Shown piece by piece: positions 34,251-43,407 of a stretch of 64,000 nt of DNA; position 1 is the first letter of the stretch, and each line of letters opens with the position of its first letter. The notes beneath the pieces are model-generated. The model was given only the letters and a program-made list of their open reading frames with translations. It was not told where the DNA came from and searched no databases. This stretch comes from an uncultured virus (IMG/VR IMGVR_UViG_3300009509_000003) (lineage: Duplodnaviria; Heunggongvirae; Uroviricota; Caudoviricetes): the IMG/VR virus record IMGVR_UViG_3300009509_000003; one strand, written 5' to 3'. The position numbers and the translations under genes were made by a program.

Positions 34251-35027
34251 CTAGTGCCCGTGAGCCTTCTTATGATGCCAGAAAAAGTCGCTGTGTGTCG
34301 CCTTTCCCGAGCCAGCCCACGTGGAGAAGTGCGTACTGACGTAGATAGTACTCCCCTTCTTTGCGGCCTTGCGCACGTCTGACGGTGTCTTCAGAGTCAC
34401 GATCTCAGGCGGATCGAAAGGGCCCATAGCCCAACTGGTATCCTCAGCGTGAACGTAGAGCAGACTCTTCTGCTTCCCGTCGGTGTCCTTCCACTTCTTA
34501 TTCATCATCCCAGCCACGAGATTGATCTTCTTCATGTCGTGTTTGGGGTTGAGTGCGAGGTCGCCGGCCGAGGGGTGCCCTCCGTAAAGCGGTCCCAGTT
34601 CCGCGTCACCGATCTGATGAAGAAGCGTCATCTCCGCCGGGGACAGCTTCATGCCCTCCAGACTCATCGGCTCCTTTTTCTTCGGCGGAGCCTTCGGGGC
34701 GGCCTTCATACCAGCCTGAATCTTCTTTCCGTGGGCCTCCCAGTCCTTTTTGCGAACGACGGCGATCTCATACACACCGCCCGTGATGATTTTGGGAAAC
34801 TCCGGGTGCAACTCGATTCCAGCGTGCTTCAGCGTGGCTTTGAAATCCGCCGGGGACATATCGCCCTTGCGCACCTTGAGTGTGACACGATCTGGATCTT
34901 TCCACTTCGTGTGCGGGTGCTCGAAGGGGTAGACCTTTATCTGAGCCGATGACTCGTCGAGATGCGGCTTCTCGGACTGAGCCACAGCTTCGAGCAGCTG
35001 CCCACTCTGAGTACGATACAAACCCAT
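34251..35027 (-). CDS. two-module putative internal head protein
   Basis: start MGLYRT; LLEA, LDES, SLEG; first module resembles the Nudix protein N-domain. Confidence 0.65.
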   Translation of the reverse strand: MGLYRTQSGQLLEAVAQSEKPHLDESSAQIKVYPFEHPHTKWKDPDRVTLKVRKGDMSPADFKATLKHAGIELHPEFPKIITGGVYEIAVVRKKDWEAHGKKIQAGMKAAPKAPPKKKEPMSLEGMKLSPAEMTLLHQIGDAELGPLYGGHPSAGDLALNPKHDMKKINLVAGMMNKKWKDTDGKQKSLLYVHAEDTSWAMGPFDPPEIVTLKTPSDVRKAAKKGSTIYVSTHFSTWAGSGKATHSDFFWHHKKAHGH

Positions 35028-35029
35028 AA

Positions 35030-37765
35030 TTACCAACCCCCCGGATGCGCTGCCATATAGGATTTCGTAGCAGCTGTGTCCTTGCTGAAGGCGATCTTCA
35101 GAGCTTTCCCAACCATCTTGTAGTCCGATTTCGGCACGGTCGCCCACCCACCCGAAGTGTGGACGTAGACTGGCCGCTGAAAGTTGCCTCCGAATTCGAT
35201 GTTGTCTTTGAAGTGGATACCGTAAACGGTCGGCCGATGCGTACCTCGCTTCGTGCCCGCCGGGTAGAGAGGGTACTGGCCATAGTCGCTGGGAAGACGT
35301 TTGATCGACTCCTCGATGAACCTGCTCGGTAGCGGGTCCATTCCCGCGAGGACGCGATAGCGCATCATGTCCTCGTTCAAATTCGCCGGAGGCTCCTCTT
35401 TGGAAGCCATCGCCGCCCTGACATGCCCCAGCTCGCTCTGACCGGCCGACGCATCGCGCCCGGTGTCCCAAACGCGTGCCTTCACCGTGCGTCCGGGAGC
35501 TTGAACCTCGATCCACAATTTCCCGCTGTAGTGGAAGGGGCGACCGTAGTTGGAGAAGAATGACATCGGAGCCTCGTAGACCTCCATCGCGTCGGCTTTG
35601 CTGATGTTCTCGATGTCCGCAACGTGCTCTCCGTCCTTCTTTTCCAAAACGTAGACAGCGTACTTGCCCGCCTTCGGCTTCCACGTCTTGCGCTTCTCGG
35701 GGAGGATGTACTCCATGCTGACACGTTCTTCGAGGTCTGTGCTCTCCTTCAGCCCGCGTTTCTTCGCCTCGTGCTCCAGATTCGCGACTTCGCGTTTCCA
35801 CTGCGCCTTTCCCTTGCCACTCGATTTTCTCAACATGGTCTTGGCGCTTTTCAGCAAGGACAGGATGTCGCGATCAGACCTTTTCTTGTAGGTCGCCGGA
35901 TCAGTGGGGTTGTTCTTCCCCGGAAACGGGTGCCCCTTCGGCGCTGGAACATCGTAGGACGTTTTTCCAGAAGCCATCGCTTCATCGAAATCTTCAACGC
36001 TCTCGGCCTTCAGCTTCGCGGCCTCGATGGCTTTGCCGAGCGTCTTGCCCGTCGCAACCGGCGTCCGGTTCGAGCCTCTCGGCCACTTGTAGAGGTGCCA
36101 CTTGCCGTCGTGCTGCTTGGCGGAATATTTGACGCCGCCCACCTCGGTGATCCAAGAGTCGATGGAGCGCTTGAACGTCAGACCGCCGGACTTCATCGTC
36201 ATCTTGATCGTGCGCGGGCGTGTGATCGGGGCCTCGGTGAGGTCCTCGAAGCTGCCAGCTTCTTCGAGCCCTTCGAGCTTCGGAGCGGCGGTGGAAGTCC
36301 AGTAGGTCTTCACCTTCCCGCTCTTCCGAATGAGAACGACCCATATCTTCTTCTTGTCTCCCCACTTCGCTTGTATCCCGTCTTTGAAAGCCGTCTTGAC
36401 AGAATTGAATCGGCCGCCGCTACTCGAACCGCCCTGGGGATTGACACGGATGGCCTCGAATCCACTACCACTCGGCTTGATAACGAGATTCCACTCCCCA
36501 GACTTCAAGTGCTTATCCATCTCTGAGGACTCTTCGATGCCCTCTACCGATTCGAGTTTGGCCCCTGAGTACTTCGCAAAGGTGCTCTTCACCTCGGAGG
36601 GTTCCAGGTTCTTGTAGACCTTCACCACCTCGCGGTCGCCTTTGACATCCTTCTTGAAGGTCATCGTGTACTTGCCGCCCTTCACCACGACGGTCACGTG
36701 GTTGGCGAGTCCACGGCCCTTGAAGTGGAAAGAGATTCCGTCTTTGTGCTTGGCCGCGCGCCCGGCTACCTTGCCGAGCATCTTCATGAGCTTCGCAGCC
36801 ACCGAGGTCGGATCTGTCCCGGCCGCGGAAGCCCACTCGTCCAGGCCTTCGAGACCCTCGGTGCGAGTTTCCCCATAGGCGCGAGCGACGAGGTTTTTCA
36901 ATTCCTTCTTCTGTGCGTCGGAGAAGGAAGAAGCACCCGGCATTGCGAGGCGAACAGCCGTGCACGCGGCTTTGAACGAGAGACCCTGCTTCTTCGCTTG
37001 ACGCGCGAGGTGACCAATGCGCCCCCGAACCTCGTGCTTGGATAGCTGAGTCTTCTTGCGCTCGTCGAGATCTTCCACGTCCTCATGCTTGGGCTTCACG
37101 TACCACGTCCCGCTCAGCTCTCCGAGGATGCCCATCATTTTCATCCAGTTGAGCAACCCTTCGGTTTTGGTGATGTTCCCGCGCGCATTTTTCGCACCCC
37201 AGAGATGAACACCGATGTTCTGAGAAGTTTTGCCACCCTTCTTGATGATCCCTGGGATCTTCTTGGCGAGTTCTTTGTAGTTGGGGAGCATCTTCTTGAG
37301 GGTCAGCTCGAAGCTGCCAGATTCTTCGATCTCCTCGACGGACTCGATGAATTTCACATCGTTCTGATGAACTTTGTAGGTATGACCTCCGAGACTGTGA
37401 AGTCGTCCAGGAGGATCGAGTCGAAGCGCTCCAGAATGCGGCTGGTATGTCCCGGACAGCTTCTTTCCTCCGGGCCCTTCCAGCTCGATAGCGTAGACAT
37501 CTTTTCCCGTGAACGACCCCTTCTGCTTCGTCGCTTTGGTGACAGTCCAAATCTTCCCTTTGAGCTGCACCCTCGATCCGGGCTTCGGCGTCGTGCTCGT
37601 CGCTTTTCCGCCACCGAAATCGAATGACTTCTGCGCGGCCTCTTCCAGGCTCGGGAGCGTGGGCCGGATGCCCGATAGCTTCTGGAACTGGGCCCCGTAA
37701 TCTCGGCTTACGCCGTCTTCTCGCGACTCGGCCAACTGGCGAAGGTTCTTATGGTAGTCGATCAT
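35030..37765 (-). CDS. 911 aa polyprotein-like internal head protein (about nine basic modules)
   Basis: linkers ESVEEIEES, EDVEDLDER, EGLEGLDEW, ESVEGIEES, EGLEEAGSFEDLTEA, ESVEDFDEA, ESTDLEER. Confidence 0.8.
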   Translation of the reverse strand: MIDYHKNLRQLAESREDGVSRDYGAQFQKLSGIRPTLPSLEEAAQKSFDFGGGKATSTTPKPGSRVQLKGKIWTVTKATKQKGSFTGKDVYAIELEGPGGKKLSGTYQPHSGALRLDPPGRLHSLGGHTYKVHQNDVKFIESVEEIEESGSFELTLKKMLPNYKELAKKIPGIIKKGGKTSQNIGVHLWGAKNARGNITKTEGLLNWMKMMGILGELSGTWYVKPKHEDVEDLDERKKTQLSKHEVRGRIGHLARQAKKQGLSFKAACTAVRLAMPGASSFSDAQKKELKNLVARAYGETRTEGLEGLDEWASAAGTDPTSVAAKLMKMLGKVAGRAAKHKDGISFHFKGRGLANHVTVVVKGGKYTMTFKKDVKGDREVVKVYKNLEPSEVKSTFAKYSGAKLESVEGIEESSEMDKHLKSGEWNLVIKPSGSGFEAIRVNPQGGSSSGGRFNSVKTAFKDGIQAKWGDKKKIWVVLIRKSGKVKTYWTSTAAPKLEGLEEAGSFEDLTEAPITRPRTIKMTMKSGGLTFKRSIDSWITEVGGVKYSAKQHDGKWHLYKWPRGSNRTPVATGKTLGKAIEAAKLKAESVEDFDEAMASGKTSYDVPAPKGHPFPGKNNPTDPATYKKRSDRDILSLLKSAKTMLRKSSGKGKAQWKREVANLEHEAKKRGLKESTDLEERVSMEYILPEKRKTWKPKAGKYAVYVLEKKDGEHVADIENISKADAMEVYEAPMSFFSNYGRPFHYSGKLWIEVQAPGRTVKARVWDTGRDASAGQSELGHVRAAMASKEEPPANLNEDMMRYRVLAGMDPLPSRFIEESIKRLPSDYGQYPLYPAGTKRGTHRPTVYGIHFKDNIEFGGNFQRPVYVHTSGGWATVPKSDYKMVGKALKIAFSKDTAATKSYMAAHPGGW

Positions 37766-37769
37766 GGTC

Positions 37770-39575
37770 CTATCCTCTCCTCGTGTAGACCGTATACTTC
37801 ACGCCGTCGATTGTCACGGACATGCGGTTATCGTGCACTCGGTTGGCGCGCATGGTCTTCCAGTCAGTTCCCAACATCTGAAGCAGAGAATCGGGAATCT
37901 CCTGCCTCGTTCGATCTCTCTTCGTGATGATCCTCTCCGGACCGCTCGTGCCTTTGCCGAGATCGCGCCCGGTTGCCCGCTTGATCGGCCGTCCCTTCAC
38001 GCCCTGAATGTTCTTTCCAGTCACCGTGCGGATCACCGCGCCGCGAGGCGTACCTCGACGGCCTATCCGTGCTCGGGGAGGAGGCTCGGCAGGAGCTTCT
38101 TGTAGCGCGCTCTCGGCGCGCGTTGGGTCCGCCTGCAGCCCGAAGTAGGTTCCGGGCTCTTCGTCCTCTACGAAGTCAAGAGCATCCCGCATTGCCTGCT
38201 CCATGCGAGCGCTCGGAATGAACTGATGCTCTCGATACGTCACCGGGCCTTGCTCCACTCGTTTCACATCTACCACCGAGTCCTTTTGCGAGGCAATGTC
38301 ATTGCGAGCCTGGCGCTCATGAGCGCGGCAAACCGGGATGTAGGCCCGGCCATCGGCCCATATGAGGCTCAGCTTTGCTGGCTCGTCACAGTACTTGCAC
38401 TTCTGAGCCTTCGTCGCCGTGCTCTCTTCCATCGATTCGGTCCTCGGTTTCTTCCCAGTCATGAACTGGCGAAAGCGATCACGTTGATCTTTTGTGAGTT
38501 TACGATTCATGACGTAATAAGAAAAGACCTCTGGGAAATCCTCTTCCGATTTCGTCGCCCCATAAGGCGTCACTGCCGCCACATCACCAAACCACTTATC
38601 GAAATTGTGCCGGTCCTCCGCCGTCATGTGCTTGTAGTAATATCGGTGCCCCAGCTCGTGGATGATCGATCGAACCAGCCCCGTCGTAGGATCGGCCGCC
38701 ACGCCCATCAAGTCGCCTTGGCGGTAGTAGTATGCCAGCACTCCGGGCCCCATCGCCCCTTTCGGCTTCACCGATACCTTGATATCAGCTAGCCACTCGA
38801 GGCCTTTGACCTTCAGACGAGCAAGAGCGAGCTTGAAGAACTTCAGATAGGCTGTCCGGTTCTTCGGGTGTCTCCACCCGACCATGCCGTAGGAGCCGTG
38901 GACTTTCAGCTCCCGCTTTCGGCCCCCACCGCTCGATTTCTTATAGGACTCCGAGCCTACTTTCTTCGGGCTCACTTCCGGCGTATCTTTGAAGACGACA
39001 GTGAACGGACCAACGTGGTTGACCTTTGGCTCGAACCCCTTTCCTCCGAGTTTTCGTCCTGATTTCGCATAGTACGCCTGCGTCTTCACGAGATAGGCAA
39101 AGAGGCGCATCAGAACTTCATCGATCTGTGCGGTCGCTTTGTCCACGTAGGCGTGTGTCCGCTGAAGCAGCTCGGCCAGTTGGGTTTTTCCGAACTCGGC
39201 CTTTTTCAGGTTTTGCTGCTTCGATATCGCCAATCCGAGATATTTGAGCACGATCATCTTCGCCGTGTGCAGCTCTTCGATGATCTTCGTCTTCCAGCGC
39301 TTCGTCCGGCTGACTTCTTTCGCTCCGAGTGTCGAGGGCAGATCCCATGCCCCCTTCGTGATGAGTAAATCTCTGGAGAGCAACTCGACGTAGTTCTGAA
39401 GAAGCGTCAGAGCCTTTACCGCCGCGTCCATGGCTTGGCGAACATCGGCTTGCTTCGGAGAGTCGGAGAGAGGGATGCGCCCCTCATAGTTCTGGATGTC
39501 TTTGTGAACTTTCTTCCACCCAGACTTGACGCCCTTCAACCACTCGGCGCTTATTTCCGCTCCCTCGACAAGCAT
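37770..39575 (-). CDS. modular protein with zincin metallopeptidase domain
   Basis: IIHELGHRYY...TPYGATKSEEDFPEVF; LVEG, ESMEES and LQEA linkers; CxxC...CxxH module. Confidence 0.75.
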   Translation of the reverse strand: MLVEGAEISAEWLKGVKSGWKKVHKDIQNYEGRIPLSDSPKQADVRQAMDAAVKALTLLQNYVELLSRDLLITKGAWDLPSTLGAKEVSRTKRWKTKIIEELHTAKMIVLKYLGLAISKQQNLKKAEFGKTQLAELLQRTHAYVDKATAQIDEVLMRLFAYLVKTQAYYAKSGRKLGGKGFEPKVNHVGPFTVVFKDTPEVSPKKVGSESYKKSSGGGRKRELKVHGSYGMVGWRHPKNRTAYLKFFKLALARLKVKGLEWLADIKVSVKPKGAMGPGVLAYYYRQGDLMGVAADPTTGLVRSIIHELGHRYYYKHMTAEDRHNFDKWFGDVAAVTPYGATKSEEDFPEVFSYYVMNRKLTKDQRDRFRQFMTGKKPRTESMEESTATKAQKCKYCDEPAKLSLIWADGRAYIPVCRAHERQARNDIASQKDSVVDVKRVEQGPVTYREHQFIPSARMEQAMRDALDFVEDEEPGTYFGLQADPTRAESALQEAPAEPPPRARIGRRGTPRGAVIRTVTGKNIQGVKGRPIKRATGRDLGKGTSGPERIITKRDRTRQEIPDSLLQMLGTDWKTMRANRVHDNRMSVTIDGVKYTVYTRRG

Positions 39576-39576
39576 A

Positions 39577-40128
39577 TTACTCCGACGCTTGGTTCACGGC
39601 GAAGGTGATAGCCACCGTGATCGCTGCTCCCACAACGACTCCCACCGCTGTGAGAATGGTCCCATCGTGACGCTCCCACCACGTGGGCTGCAGATTTTCA
39701 ATCTCCTCCCGGTCCGCTGCGATCTGCGCCTCGTACAGCTCCCTTTGAGCTGACCAGGCTTGCCGATCAGCCTCGAAGGTCCTTCGCAGCTCCGGGTAGC
39801 GTATGCGATATATCGCGTCTCGGTTCGCGCGAGCCTCGCTGACGAAGAGACCGGACTCTGTAGGACATGGACCTGGAATCGTATGAGCGGGCTCTTCGGG
39901 ATTCACCGGAATTCCGTCCTCTGGAATGCACTCACCCCTCTCGACAGCCACGACGTAGTTCTCGGGCAAGTCTCGAGGCGTGTCTTCAGGAAGGGGCTCG
40001 GTGGCGGCATCGACAGGCAACTCTCGCATCTCTGGTCGCCGGTCCTCAGCGACCGCCGGTCGCACCTCTGGACTCTGAGACGCACCGCACCCAAACACAA
40101 GAAGAGCCATTACGATAATGAACTTCAC
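39577..40128 (-). CDS. lipoprotein with C-terminal TM helix (u-spanin-like topology)
   Basis: GTG start MKFIIVMALLVFG-C lipobox; C-terminal ILTAVGVVVGAAITVAITFAV. Confidence 0.6.
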   Translation of the reverse strand: MKFIIVMALLVFGCGASQSPEVRPAVAEDRRPEMRELPVDAATEPLPEDTPRDLPENYVVAVERGECIPEDGIPVNPEEPAHTIPGPCPTESGLFVSEARANRDAIYRIRYPELRRTFEADRQAWSAQRELYEAQIAADREEIENLQPTWWERHDGTILTAVGVVVGAAITVAITFAVNQASE

Positions 40129-40358
40129 GATCTGACCTTCCGATACTTCTGACCAACACTCAACCCGAGAGCCATATCCGCGACGAGATCGGAAGCGTGA
40201 AGCATTCGGTTGTACATCGCTCCGTCGATCTTCTCCTCGCTCCCTCGCGCCATGCGGTCTGTGTCGTGGATCATCTTGATCATGTGCTCGATTGTGCGAT
40301 GAAGCTTCGAAGTGCCTTCTTCGATCCCTGCAAGGGCTCGCTGCTCTTTCAAACTCAT
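40125..40358 (-). CDS. small putative internal head protein
   Basis: MSLKEQRALAGIEEG leader. Confidence 0.6.
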   Translation of the reverse strand: MSLKEQRALAGIEEGTSKLHRTIEHMIKMIHDTDRMARGSEEKIDGAMYNRMLHASDLVADMALGLSVGQKYRKVRS

Positions 40359-40360
40359 GC

Positions 40361-40663
40361 TCAGTCCCACCCTCTTCCGCCCGTAACGCTGCTGTAACCG
40401 TCAACATCGCTGTCCCCGAGACCTCCGCCCCAATCGCGTTCTGGCTCTTCCTCTTGCGTTTCTTCCTCTTCCAAGTAGGCCTCGAACTCTAGAAAGCGAT
40501 TGAGCCGCTCTCGGCGTTGGTCGCACTCTGAGCAGTGCTCGATGCCAAGAGCCTCGGTTGCTTTCCGCACGACATCACCCGCCCCGATGGACTTCTTCAG
40601 CCCGGGAATTCTCAAGCGGAGGCGGGCTTTGACCTCCTCCAGTTGTTCTTCTCGACCACTCAT
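40361..40663 (-). CDS. small phage protein with GxGD...CxxC...R..LN motif
   Basis: GAGDVVRKATEALGIEHCSECDQRRERLN, acidic tail. Confidence 0.6.
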   Translation of the reverse strand: MSGREEQLEEVKARLRLRIPGLKKSIGAGDVVRKATEALGIEHCSECDQRRERLNRFLEFEAYLEEEETQEEEPERDWGGGLGDSDVDGYSSVTGGRGWD

Positions 40664-41907
40664 ACGTTCCGCCCCCTGGAGTACCCTCTAGGATCGCCAA
40701 GCTCCTTCTGAACGTAGTAGTCCATCACTCGCTCCCAGTCCGTCGCATTCCATCGTCGGTGAGCCGTAGTGGAAAGTCGAACTTGCTTGGCAACGCTTCG
40801 CTGAGAACCCGGGTCCATATACTCCCACCAGTCCTCGATCTCAGCGACCTTCGGCGCCGCCTCGTCCAGCTCCACCTTCGGCAGCGCCCGCGACTCCAGA
40901 GATTCCAGCGCGCTCAAAGAGATCTCCATATGGTGTACGTCCAAATACGCGCGTCCTGCCGCTGTTACGGCGGCTGTATGTTTATCGATGAAGCCGCGTT
41001 TGATCAGAGCATCGAGCATCTTCGTGAACGCCTTTCTCGATACTTTCGTCCCTCTGGCGGTCTTGTATTTGAAGTCCCCAGATATGTGCCTATGGAGAAG
41101 CTGCGCCGCTTGATATGAGGTCAACTCTTTCCCTGCCTCATCGAGCTTCACCTTCGGAAGTGCCCACGAGGGGTACTCCCACCGGGGATTGTGCACGCGG
41201 TCGAGAAGATCGGCCACTTGGTCCTTCATCGTTCTGGGCTCGGCGTCAGAGATTGCGAACGCGCCCGGAGCGCCTGCCACGCTCTCCGACTTGCTCAATA
41301 CCTTCTTGATCTCGGACAACCATGGATCTTCTACCCCGCTAACAAGCCACGCGTGCAGCTCTTTCCAGTTCTTGAGCATGGGCTTCGTTATCTGAACGCC
41401 TTTTGAACCCCAGTAGGCGAAATTGTCCATCGTGTAACCCACAGCGTTTCCGGAAGCGTCGAGAATGTCGTAAACATGGCCCCCACGCCCTCGACCCAGC
41501 CCGGGCTTGTGCAGCATAAAATCTCCCCACCCCGCCTTCGTTCGTCGCTTGACAGAGAACTTCATGCTTTCTTCCAAAGGAGGAGCAGACTCTTTGATCC
41601 GCTTCAACCTCATCTTGGCTTGGTGTAGCTGCTTCAGCGCCGAAGATCGGGCCGACCCGGGTATTTTCTTCAGCTCTACTTCGGCGTGATGGAGCAGCTG
41701 CTTCGCCTTGCGGGCGTTTTTCTGAACGATCGCGGCCAGCGCATCGTCCATGTAGAAGCCGAACTGGGTTTCTGGGTCGTCGCTGAACCCTTCTTCGTCG
41801 TCGTCTTCCCACGAGCCTAACTCTTGGAGCTGCTCGTCTTCGGTCAGAGACCAATGAGATCGAGCACGGCCAGGCATCAACTTTCGGGTTTCTTTGAGCA
41901 GCGACAT
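40660..41907 (-). CDS. modular putative internal head protein
   Basis: LKE, LTE, LQE, LEES, KLDEA and ELDEA linkers. Confidence 0.65.
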   Translation of the reverse strand: MSLLKETRKLMPGRARSHWSLTEDEQLQELGSWEDDDEEGFSDDPETQFGFYMDDALAAIVQKNARKAKQLLHHAEVELKKIPGSARSSALKQLHQAKMRLKRIKESAPPLEESMKFSVKRRTKAGWGDFMLHKPGLGRGRGGHVYDILDASGNAVGYTMDNFAYWGSKGVQITKPMLKNWKELHAWLVSGVEDPWLSEIKKVLSKSESVAGAPGAFAISDAEPRTMKDQVADLLDRVHNPRWEYPSWALPKVKLDEAGKELTSYQAAQLLHRHISGDFKYKTARGTKVSRKAFTKMLDALIKRGFIDKHTAAVTAAGRAYLDVHHMEISLSALESLESRALPKVELDEAAPKVAEIEDWWEYMDPGSQRSVAKQVRLSTTAHRRWNATDWERVMDYYVQKELGDPRGYSRGRNV

Positions 41908-41916
41908 GGCGCCTCC

Positions 41917-42216
41917 TTACGAATAGGTCACGGCCTTTATTCGAGCAGCCCACTTCACTCGCCGCGAGTTCGAGTAGGCTTCCATGTTTTCAATCTCTTT
42001 TACCACATGGGTAGCTAGTTGGAACAGCTGCGCCTTCTCGGCGTCGTCCTGAGTTCTGTCTGGATGGCACTCGAGGGCGAGCTTCTTGTACGCCTTCTTC
42101 AGCCGGGCTTTGAGCGCTTCGAGGGCCCGTTGACTGGACTGGGCGCGCAGAAGATCGGACTGGTTCACTCCGAGTCGGAGCATTACTTCGATGATCTGCG
42201 CGTCCGAGTAGTTCAT
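41917..42216 (-). CDS. DnaJ J-domain protein
   Basis: LKKAYKKLALECHPDR...F. Confidence 0.85.
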   Translation of the reverse strand: MNYSDAQIIEVMLRLGVNQSDLLRAQSSQRALEALKARLKKAYKKLALECHPDRTQDDAEKAQLFQLATHVVKEIENMEAYSNSRRVKWAARIKAVTYS

Positions 42217-42491
42217 CGGCGGATCTTCCGACCGCGTGTGTCAATCATTCGTTTCAACCCGCAAACTGTGCACTTCTGATAAGTACCTTCAGCCACCTGA
42301 CTGTCGAACAACCATTTGTGTTGGGGAATGCCTGCCACTTCATGGGCCTTCGCTTGCTCATAGTTGACCCTGCCGAGTCGACCTACTTTATTGTAGAAGC
42401 TCTTGAACATTCCCCATTTGTAGTCATCAACCTTCTTGGCCTCAGTCACAGCAGCACGAAGACGCGCACGCTCCTCTTCGGTGAAAATCAT
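42213..42491 (-). CDS. small basic protein with Zn ribbon
   Basis: VTEA site; HKW...KCTVCG. Confidence 0.55.
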   Translation of the reverse strand: MIFTEEERARLRAAVTEAKKVDDYKWGMFKSFYNKVGRLGRVNYEQAKAHEVAGIPQHKWLFDSQVAEGTYQKCTVCGLKRMIDTRGRKIRR

Positions 42492-42492
42492 C

Positions 42493-43407
42493 TCAAAACC
42501 CCAAGCTTAGACGAAGCCCGGTCTGCCTCTCGAAGATCGGCTTGAGCTGATCCGCGTGGATACCCGAATACGTCTTCACCGGCTTCGCCTCGTACTTGAC
42601 GATCTTGCTGAACTCCATGTCGTAGGTATCGTCTGGGCGAAGTGTGATTTTCACGTAGTTGCCTTTGGATCTCTGCCGGTTCGGGAACTGGAACGAGAGG
42701 GCTTTCCCTCCGTCATGAGAGATGAAGTGCTTCGCCCCGAGCATCGCCTTGAGTCGGCCAGGCCCACCCATCTGCTTCAGAATGATCGCGGCGGGATTAT
42801 CGCTCTCTTCGAGCGTCTCGTCGAAAGACTCAGAGAGCGAAACACGCACCTGCGAGACGCGAGGGTCGTTCTGGATCATGAGTTTGTGGTAGAGGCCCCG
42901 GAGATACTTCTCTCCTGCTTTGCGGTCGGCGTCAGATGCCCACCACAGTTGAACAACCTCTCCGCTGCCCTTCGACCGACGGTTCAGTCCCTTAGCCGAC
43001 GAGGGCAGACCATTCCCGCCTGCCTTATCCAAGCGGGCAATACCCTTGCGCTCCATCGTTTTGAGATGATCGTAGAGCATATCGAGGCTCTTATAGCCTT
43101 CCTCCAGACTCTCTACCTTTGGAGCTGGCTTCGCGCCGTGCTTCTTCAGGAAGGCCATCAGAGTTTTCGGGTCGGCGTCTTGCGGCTCCACCGAGGTGAG
43201 AATGCCTCCGAGGCGAGCAGCCTTGTCCTCCAGCTCTACGCCCTTCCCTGCCTTCCGATAGCGAAGGAACTTCACGTCGGCGAGCTTCACCTTCGCAGAG
43301 AACGCCTTCGAGAGGGTGGTCAGCATCGGGTCCGCTGCCGCGGACTCTGCCAGCGAAGGTCCTACACCCACCATTCGGTTATACTCTTCAACAATCTGCC
43401 TCATCAC
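42493..43407 (-). CDS. three-module putative internal head protein
   Basis: LAES, VESLEEG and LSESFDETLEES linkers. Confidence 0.7.
   Translation of the reverse strand: MMRQIVEEYNRMVGVGPSLAESAAADPMLTTLSKAFSAKVKLADVKFLRYRKAGKGVELEDKAARLGGILTSVEPQDADPKTLMAFLKKHGAKPAPKVESLEEGYKSLDMLYDHLKTMERKGIARLDKAGGNGLPSSAKGLNRRSKGSGEVVQLWWASDADRKAGEKYLRGLYHKLMIQNDPRVSQVRVSLSESFDETLEESDNPAAIILKQMGGPGRLKAMLGAKHFISHDGGKALSFQFPNRQRSKGNYVKITLRPDDTYDMEFSKIVKYEAKPVKTYSGIHADQLKPIFERQTGLRLSLGF

Noticed and set aside
34251..35801. 516-aa ORF as listed in the track
   Set aside because: Its 5' half overlaps the 911-aa gene out of frame; the real start is probably 35027
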